Part shown: one piece after another, positions 58,355 to 64,000 of the stretch
How positions within the stretch are numbered: position 1 is the stretch's first letter
Layout of the letters: each line of letters opens with the position of its first letter
Virus record (IMG/VR): IMGVR_UViG_3300026382_000013
Span: 17,331-81,330 of that record
Reading direction: 5' to 3' (one strand)
Source: a virus
Taxonomy: Duplodnaviria; Heunggongvirae; Uroviricota; Caudoviricetes
DNA: 64,000 nt
Translations under genes and position numbers: made by a program
Notes under the pieces: model-generated
The model's input: the letters and a program-made list of their open reading frames with translations, nothing else
The model's database searches: none
What the model was told of the DNA's origin: nothing

Positions 58355-60315
58355 TTCATTACTCCTACTTCACCTTTTGGGTCTAATCTCTTTTGTATCA
58401 TCATTTGCTGTACATTGAGCTTATTTCTAAGTTCCTCTAGTTCTAGCCTCTCTTGGTGACCTAAACCTAAATTCTCTTTCATGTAGTTTAAGTCAGCAAC
58501 ATCAGCACCTGCTTCTAAGTTTCTTGCTCTAGCTTTCTCTACAAGTGTTTTGGCTTCTTTGAGCTGTCTATCAATCTCATTCTCTTTACCTTGCATATGT
58601 TCATTGAAAGCTCTAGCCTCTAATAATGCATTCTCTAGCTTAGCCTTCTGCATATCTATATCTTGCATTGGGTTAGCTTGTGGTTTAAAGTCCATAAGTT
58701 TCTTTTCTAAGTCTGGCATTCTACTCAACTTAGCAATATCTGCAAGTATAAGTTGTGTAAACTCAAATGGTACTGTGTTACCTAGTGTTTGCAGTAGGAA
58801 ACTTAGTTGTTGTGATTTAGCACTATTGTCTTCAGCAGTACTTATACTAATATCAATGTCAATCTTACCATTAAGGTCATCTCTTCTGATCGGTACAAAC
58901 TTTTCATTTGTTATACGTACAACCTCCTCCTCTTCAAGGAATTCTGAATTGTAACTCATCCACTTTCTCATTAGTGGCTTAATAAGGTTCTCTGCTATGT
59001 TCCTAACTATATCAAGTTTTCTAACCGCAGCAGCATCTAATGTGCCTCTAGCAGCAGTTGCACTACTACCAAGACTACTACCATTTAACCCACCACTGAA
59101 GCTCTTAACACCAGTCTGTGCTTCTATCTCATTATTCATGAGACTTAACATATTAAACGCACTGCCAGGTATTTGGTTATAACTACCTTGCCAGAAGTCA
59201 TTAGGGCTAGTGTTGAACTCAAAGTTATCACCAGCTAGAAATCTCTTCCTATTCTGACTGTTCAATGCTCCACGTCTAATACCAACTTGACCATTGTTAC
59301 TCTGAGCCATATTATCTATAAGCCCACGAGTGATAGCTGTTTTAATCTTTTGATTATCTCCAATGTTTTCTGCTAATGCTTCACCGAATAACTGAAATGG
59401 TACGGCATTAAAAGGTACTACTATAAATGGAGGTTTTTTATCTGGGTATGGATTATCTTCCAATCTAATTATTGTATCTCCTACCCATGCACATACAACT
59501 TGTTCTACAACACCGTCATTATCTACATCATAGTTACCCCAGTACTCATACACCATAATCTTCTTACGAGCTTTATCTTCAAACTTAAATGATGTATCAT
59601 CTTCGTTGGCATAATCACTGTCATTATCTGGGTCATTACTATCCAGTTCTACTTTATCTAAGTTCTTGAATCGTCCATCACTTTTTAATGTACTTATATC
59701 TGTTTCATACCTATAAATAACAAACTGACACTTATCCATATCATCCATACATGTAGGGTCTATGTACACATCTTCATTTCTACACACTGTTGCTGTAGGC
59801 TGGTTCTTCAATACTCTTAACTTCTTAACCATATCCATAGCTATGTAGTCTCTACCATACTCATCAGTTGCAATTACTTCAGTCTCTTCTTCGTACTCTT
59901 CTTCTTTGTAATCCCATCCAGTCTGTATAACTACTGTACCTTCAGTCGCTAGTACTCTTGTAGCTTTGTTTATGAAATTATATCTTGGGAATTTTCTACA
60001 GAATTGTGTATTAAGTAGTAGCTCATTCTGCCTAGCAGCTTCAGCATCTTCATATGTGACTGGATTACATGAGATCACATCTTGGGAACTTAAGAACGGA
60101 TCTGTAATACTTGGTATCATCCACTCTAACTGCTTCTTGATATCTTTACTTACTATCTGTGATCTACCTTCAACTTCATTACCATACGCTTTACCATAAG
60201 TTTCACTAATCCATGTGTCCCTTTGATCAGTCCACTCTACACGTGTAAGGTCGGCTGCTGCTAAGTCTGCTTTAAAAGCTTTAAGTAGTGCTTTCTGATT
60301 TATTTTACTTTTCAT
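58351..60315 (-). CDS. portal protein (654 aa)
   Basis: Large ORF at the head of a portal/small proteins/scaffold/capsid gene order. ATG at 60315 preceded by gtgaga. The track's 60327 start is GTG. Confidence 0.5.
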   Translation of the reverse strand: MKSKINQKALLKAFKADLAAADLTRVEWTDQRDTWISETYGKAYGNEVEGRSQIVSKDIKKQLEWMIPSITDPFLSSQDVISCNPVTYEDAEAARQNELLLNTQFCRKFPRYNFINKATRVLATEGTVVIQTGWDYKEEEYEEETEVIATDEYGRDYIAMDMVKKLRVLKNQPTATVCRNEDVYIDPTCMDDMDKCQFVIYRYETDISTLKSDGRFKNLDKVELDSNDPDNDSDYANEDDTSFKFEDKARKKIMVYEYWGNYDVDNDGVVEQVVCAWVGDTIIRLEDNPYPDKKPPFIVVPFNAVPFQLFGEALAENIGDNQKIKTAITRGLIDNMAQSNNGQVGIRRGALNSQNRKRFLAGDNFEFNTSPNDFWQGSYNQIPGSAFNMLSLMNNEIEAQTGVKSFSGGLNGSSLGSSATAARGTLDAAAVRKLDIVRNIAENLIKPLMRKWMSYNSEFLEEEEVVRITNEKFVPIRRDDLNGKIDIDISISTAEDNSAKSQQLSFLLQTLGNTVPFEFTQLILADIAKLSRMPDLEKKLMDFKPQANPMQDIDMQKAKLENALLEARAFNEHMQGKENEIDRQLKEAKTLVEKARARNLEAGADVADLNYMKENLGLGHQERLELEELRNKLNVQQMMIQKRLDPKGEVGVMK

Positions 60316-60351
60316 TAGTCTCACCACACCCTATTTGTTTAATTGTGCTCA

Positions 60352-61557
60352 TTATAGCATCTCTTCTCTTACGGAAGCTTTAACTAAGTCTATGGGAACT
60401 ATGTTTCTTGCTATCTCTCCATACTTCTTACTGTATGTAATAGCGACAGTTTGCTTATGTCCTCTGTACCCTGCTCCACTTGCCCAAGCATCATTATGTG
60501 TTGCATTCCTAAAACTCTCACATCTTGCTATTGGGTTATCTACTACGCTATCTTTATGCACATGACCAGTCAGCCAATATCTATGTGTTGTGCTACTTAT
60601 GTCCTCTTTCCTATCCCACACCATAACTTCAGGCAGTCTTTGCATCTTAGTCGCATGGCCATGGTGGAAACCTAGTAAAGTCTCTCCATGCTTGTAATAC
60701 TTATGCAACCCTTGTTCACAATTTACAGTAAGCCTTGGTTCATTTCTATAGTATGCACTTAACATAGCTATTAAATAGTTTGGTACTAAGTCACTGTGGT
60801 TCCCAGCTACTATTATGTATGTAACCCTAGCATGCTTCTTAAGTGCTAAATCTATCATCTCTAGTTTCATATCTACAAGTGCTTTAAATACCTTTGCATG
60901 CCTACCATCAACATCTAGCACATGTCCACTCTTAGTCCTAGCATCATCATTAGCAGCATGTAATGTATCACCTAAATCCAACACTATAGCTTCTTCAGCA
61001 CTTGGTGTAGTCTCAGTAAGTATGTACATACTGTTAATAACATTACACTTAACACTATCTACGTCTACATTCTCTCCTGTCTCTGGTGCCCATGAGAACT
61101 GTCCTAGGTGTATATCTGTACTAACGTAGGCCACTAGTAAGTCTTTCACCAACTTCTTAGGTTTCTTTATTGGTTTAGCCTTACCGTCAACTTCTTTGGC
61201 TAGTTCACTTGTAACTTGTTGAATAGCCTCTAATGTACTTTCATCTGTACTCTTAGTTTTAACCCACTGCATGACTTCAACTTTCTCACCAGTCTCCTCA
61301 TCAGTTTTGTATAATGTACTTGTACCACCTAGCACCTGTTTATTTGGTACATACTTATCCACACCTTCAGCTAATGCTAACTTCCTACCTCTGGCTAAGA
61401 TAGCTTGCAGACTTCTTTTGTTAAGCCCGAGTACTTTAGCTGATTTAGCTACAGTACCAGCATCTCTAAGAGTCTCAAAACACTCTCTTTGTCTTTTACT
61501 TATTGTACTAGATGCTAATATAGCATCGACATCGTATGAGTGCTTATTGTTATCCAT
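60352..61557 (-). CDS. N-terminal HTH domain fused to a calcineurin-like metallophosphoesterase
   Basis: N-terminus KRQRECFETLRDAGTVAKSAKVLGLNKRSLQAILARGRK (sigma-r4/terminase-small-like HTH). Phosphoesterase motifs STDIHLG (DxH), LGDTLH (GDxxH), VAGNHSD (GNH[DE]), GFHHGH, LTGHVH (GHxH). Confidence 0.7.
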   Translation of the reverse strand: MDNNKHSYDVDAILASSTISKRQRECFETLRDAGTVAKSAKVLGLNKRSLQAILARGRKLALAEGVDKYVPNKQVLGGTSTLYKTDEETGEKVEVMQWVKTKSTDESTLEAIQQVTSELAKEVDGKAKPIKKPKKLVKDLLVAYVSTDIHLGQFSWAPETGENVDVDSVKCNVINSMYILTETTPSAEEAIVLDLGDTLHAANDDARTKSGHVLDVDGRHAKVFKALVDMKLEMIDLALKKHARVTYIIVAGNHSDLVPNYLIAMLSAYYRNEPRLTVNCEQGLHKYYKHGETLLGFHHGHATKMQRLPEVMVWDRKEDISSTTHRYWLTGHVHKDSVVDNPIARCESFRNATHNDAWASGAGYRGHKQTVAITYSKKYGEIARNIVPIDLVKASVREEML

Positions 61558-61560
61558 ATA

Positions 61561-61974
61561 CTATGCCTCAAATGTTGTTATGTAGCTGTATTCTGTGTTA
61601 GCTCCATCTGCATGTAACCAGTGTACACCCTCTTCTAGTCTAGTTATCCATACAAACTCATCTTGATGGTCTAGTATATACTCTCTCACTTCTCTAGCTG
61701 TGTAGTGGCTAAACACTGCGTCAAGAGCATTAGCATAGCTATGTTGACTTCCATAACTATACCATTGACTTTCAGGTGTCCTAATACCACTCCATTCTCT
61801 ATCCCCATTCCAGTGGTAGTTATTAATAGTCATAGTACCTTTACTGAACACTTCTTTAAGGTGGTCCATATCATGTATCATACCTCTATCTACGTATCTC
61901 CATGCACTCTCTCCGTACTTCTCGTACATCTTCTTTGGTACTATCTCATGTATCTCAAAATATTCACTTTTCAT
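61561..61974 (-). CDS. endolysin, peptidase M15 (zinc D-Ala-D-Ala carboxypeptidase / L-Ala-D-Glu peptidase fold)
   Basis: SQHSYANALD (SxHxxGxAxD) and VHWLHAD motifs. Adjacent to spanins and holin. Confidence 0.65.
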   Translation of the reverse strand: MKSEYFEIHEIVPKKMYEKYGESAWRYVDRGMIHDMDHLKEVFSKGTMTINNYHWNGDREWSGIRTPESQWYSYGSQHSYANALDAVFSHYTAREVREYILDHQDEFVWITRLEEGVHWLHADGANTEYSYITTFEA

Positions 61975-62207
61975 TACTTACACCTTTCTTCATTATGTCT
62001 CATATCTATAATACACTTTCTCATTGCATTAACAACTTCAGTATCTGTAGGTAAGTCAAACTCACACTCAGCATTCTCTACAATACACTTTACTGGTACT
62101 TTAACCTCATAGGGGTCTGGTACATATTTAACCTCAGGTTCACACATACAGCCGCTAAAGGTTATGGCGAATATCATCAATGACAGACTTAATATCTTTA
62201 CATTCAT
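61974..62207 (-). CDS. o-spanin (outer-membrane lipoprotein, Rz1-like)
   Basis: Signal plus lipobox ITFSGC. 77 aa. Its 5' end overlaps the 3' end of the i-spanin in another frame. Confidence 0.6.
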   Translation of the reverse strand: MNVKILSLSLMIFAITFSGCMCEPEVKYVPDPYEVKVPVKCIVENAECEFDLPTDTEVVNAMRKCIIDMRHNEERCK

Positions 62208-62517
62208 TACTATATACCTCTTTATACTTATATCTAATCTCAGCTGGTTTAGCTTTAAACGCAGCTAACCTCTTATCAGCAGCATCTACATCTAGCTTCA
62301 TCTCGCTAATTCTAGCATTTTGTTTACTAACAGCTGCTTTAAATCTTTCAGTTACAAGTTGCTCTGCCATGTAGTTACGTTCACATTTAGCTTTAGACTT
62401 CTCTAACTTGTCAATTCTACTTTTCAGTCCATCAACATAAATCCATAAACCTATTACTGCTAAGACTATAGCCCCATAAGCTATCATATTTTTATACATA
62501 CTTAGTTGCGCGATCAT
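62155..62517 (-). CDS. i-spanin (Rz-like; N-terminal TM plus coiled-coil)
   Basis: TM segment MIAYGAIVLAVIGLWIYV, then KSRIDKLEKSKAKCE... coiled-coil. Overlapped with the o-spanin. Confidence 0.6.
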   Translation of the reverse strand: MIAQLSMYKNMIAYGAIVLAVIGLWIYVDGLKSRIDKLEKSKAKCERNYMAEQLVTERFKAAVSKQNARISEMKLDVDAADKRLAAFKAKPAEIRYKYKEVYSNECKDIKSVIDDIRHNL

Positions 62518-62720
62518 TTACTTATCCTCCCTTTGAAGCCTTCTGCAAGCTCTATAACAACAGTGTTAAGCGTATCACTACGAACCATGATAAATGCCAT
62601 AGCGTAAAGGAGCAGATACCCAACTGTACTGACTATACCTTCAGAGCTACCACTATAGATAACATAGATGTATGTCAGCATAAAGGTAATGAATGCCGAG
62701 GAACTCTTCCAATTTTTCAT
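62514..62720 (-). CDS. holin (class II, two TM)
   Basis: 68 aa. TM segments AFITFMLTYIYVIY and IVSTVGYLLLYAMAFIMV. Charged C-terminus. First gene of the lysis cassette. Confidence 0.6.
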   Translation of the reverse strand: MKNWKSSSAFITFMLTYIYVIYSGSSEGIVSTVGYLLLYAMAFIMVRSDTLNTVVIELAEGFKGRISK

Positions 62721-62869
62721 TCAGCATCCCCTATATATATTGCACTAGTAGCAATCTCACCGATATCTTTTATACCTTGTGCGTACTCTATTCTAGTTAT
62801 GTCATAGGCTAGGTACATAAAGTAACCTAACACTATGTACCTAGCGAGTAGCTTTAGCTTTGTAGCCAT
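62717..62869 (-). CDS. small single-TM protein (50 aa) not in the ORF track; candidate holin partner / antiholin
   Basis: SD ggagag then ATG at 62869. Stop TGA overlaps the holin ATG (ATGA). Protein MATKLKLLARYIVLGYFMYLAYDITRIEYAQGIKDIGEIATSAIYIGDAE. Confidence 0.3.
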   Translation of the reverse strand: MATKLKLLARYIVLGYFMYLAYDITRIEYAQGIKDIGEIATSAIYIGDAE

Positions 62870-63425
62870 AGATGCTCTCCATAAGTAAGTCTGTATCTTT
62901 TATATCTCTATCAAGTAAAGTCCGTATAGATGTATTAGTTTTATCTAATACATTAAACGATTGCACCACGTAAGTCCCAAATGTGACAGTGTATAGGATT
63001 ATAAACCCACCTGCCCATTTAAGTAAGCTTGGTGATAGCATATCTGATACCTGCTTATCAACTGCCTCAACGTACTCTCTGTTACTGTTCATATTTTCTA
63101 CTAACCTACCTACCTCTTTTGTAAGGCTTTCTAGGTCTTTAGTCAGTAATCTCACACTACTACATCCTATAGAGCTTTTCTGTACATCATCAATCTCATC
63201 CATACGACTATGCACACGTTTAAAACTCTCAGCTACATCTCTATCCATGTTTTCTAACTTATTACTAAATACAACTTGTTTAGTCAAGAACTTAGTGATC
63301 TCTTCAAGTCTTTTATTAGTCTCTGTTTGTGAGCTTACTAAGTGCTCAACACTACTCACAAGGTTTGTAATGACTGTGTCGTGCTTAGTCACCAAATCCC
63401 TCATTACATCATCAGTCATACGCAT
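62841..63425 (-). CDS. hypothetical coiled-coil protein with C-terminal TM (194 aa)
   Basis: Helical N-terminus and FIILYTVTFGTYVV near the C-terminus. Confidence 0.45.
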   Translation of the reverse strand: MRMTDDVMRDLVTKHDTVITNLVSSVEHLVSSQTETNKRLEEITKFLTKQVVFSNKLENMDRDVAESFKRVHSRMDEIDDVQKSSIGCSSVRLLTKDLESLTKEVGRLVENMNSNREYVEAVDKQVSDMLSPSLLKWAGGFIILYTVTFGTYVVQSFNVLDKTNTSIRTLLDRDIKDTDLLMESIYGYKAKATR

Positions 63426-63444
63426 CCTTACTCTCTTTACTTTG

Positions 63445-63795
63445 TTATTTAGTATTATATCTAAATTTATGATATTCTTTTACTGCTAATACCATAGATT
63501 TAGTTACAACTGTTTTTTCTACACTATACAATATCTCTTCAAAATACTTATCTGCTTTTTCGTACATCTCTAAATCACACAAATAGTCATGTATAACAAC
63601 TGCGTGCATGTATTTAGGTGTAAAGGGTGGTACAATTACCCATAGGCTTCTGGGAATATCAGACCCATTAGTTAGGTACCCGTTAGGTACTCTAACATCC
63701 TTATATACATAGTCTTCTACAACTATGTATTTATTATCTACTGTAGGTTTGAGTGTGGGGTATGTTATGTTCATTATCTTAGCCTCTCTAAGCAA
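63445..63795 (-). CDS. DUF1353-like phage protein (116 aa)
   Basis: TNGSDIPRSLW...AVVIHDYLC matches the DUF1353 TDGASIPR...HDYLY pattern. Confidence 0.5.
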   Translation of the reverse strand: MLREAKIMNITYPTLKPTVDNKYIVVEDYVYKDVRVPNGYLTNGSDIPRSLWVIVPPFTPKYMHAVVIHDYLCDLEMYEKADKYFEEILYSVEKTVVTKSMVLAVKEYHKFRYNTK

Positions 63796-63848
63796 GCATC
63801 ACATATCATACCATTATCACAAGGCTTTCCACACTCTCTACACATAAC

Positions 63849-64000
63849 TTACACTACCTCTGGTTCTACAACTTTTGGAACATATTTCATCTCAAACTTA
63901 CGAAACACACCACACTCATTACCATTTAAGTTTGTGTAATCAATCTCATCTGCTGTAAAGTTAAGTTCATCTTCAATACCATTATCTCTCATATCTACTA
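63849..64000 (-). CDS. hypothetical protein, C-terminal fragment (start beyond the window)
   Basis: Open minus-strand frame from the window edge to TAA (plus 63849-63851): ...NGNECGVFRKFEMKYVPKVVEPEVV*. Confidence 0.4.
   Translation of the reverse strand, partial: VDMRDNGIEDELNFTADEIDYTNLNGNECGVFRKFEMKYVPKVVEPEVV

Noticed and set aside
60352-61557. Terminase large subunit, suggested by its position next to the portal and its N-terminal HTH
   Set aside because: No Walker A/B ATPase motifs. The body has a complete calcineurin-like phosphoesterase motif set, so it is called an HTH-metallophosphoesterase. The terminase is presumably outside the window.
1-64000. CRISPR arrays, integrase/att sites, reverse transcriptase/DGR, toxin-antitoxin pairs
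   Set aside because: Searched by eye for regularly spaced direct repeats, tyrosine/serine recombinase motifs and RT motifs (YxDD). None found. The repeats present are the origin-like iterons and terminator palindromes described above.

Overview
This window reads as a contiguous piece of an AT-rich (~33-35% GC), Shine-Dalgarno-using double-stranded DNA phage genome, with no host flanks visible. It has two arms that converge on a bidirectional terminator at 33494-33532. Plus-strand arm (1-33.5 kb): DNA replication and nucleotide metabolism. It carries ThyX, a CobS/MoxR-like AAA+ ATPase with a vWA partner, a family-A DNA polymerase split into two ORFs by a ~700 bp insert, an AEP-type primase, a repeat-rich origin-like region followed by two tandem winged-helix paralogs, a Dda-like helicase, a GIY-YIG protein, an exonuclease/Sak4-like ATPase/SSB recombination module, a UvrD-like helicase, HU, NrdA/NrdB, a sigma region-4-like protein, a ClpP-like protease, PIN-PhoH, an SPFH lipoprotein, and tRNA-Met, tRNA-Asn and tRNA-Ser. 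Minus-strand arm (33.5-64 kb): a podovirus-like virion and lysis module. In transcription order it runs holin, overlapped i-/o-spanins, M15 endolysin, an HTH-metallophosphoesterase fusion, portal, scaffold, major capsid, tail and tail-fibre genes, and three very large virion proteins of 551, 2393 and 1442 aa. Points most worth a second look are listed here. (1) The polymerase gene is interrupted exactly before motif A by an element holding three diverged tandem small-ORF units, and the boundaries fit group I intron rules. (2) A family of ~90-aa paralogs is scattered in the replication arm. (3) An iteron-like region with nested palindromes precedes tandem wHTH initiator-like genes. (4) One coding frame is broken by an in-frame TAA. 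(5) An HTH-calcineurin-like phosphoesterase sits beside the portal. (6) The 360-aa and 1442-aa late-arm virion proteins each carry an HExxH motif, and sit alongside a 2393-aa protein with a 350-aa charged coiled-coil core. (7) A ClpP-like protease lies away from the head genes. (8) An unlisted small ORF overlaps the holin start. All calls rest on motifs read by eye; no database search was possible.
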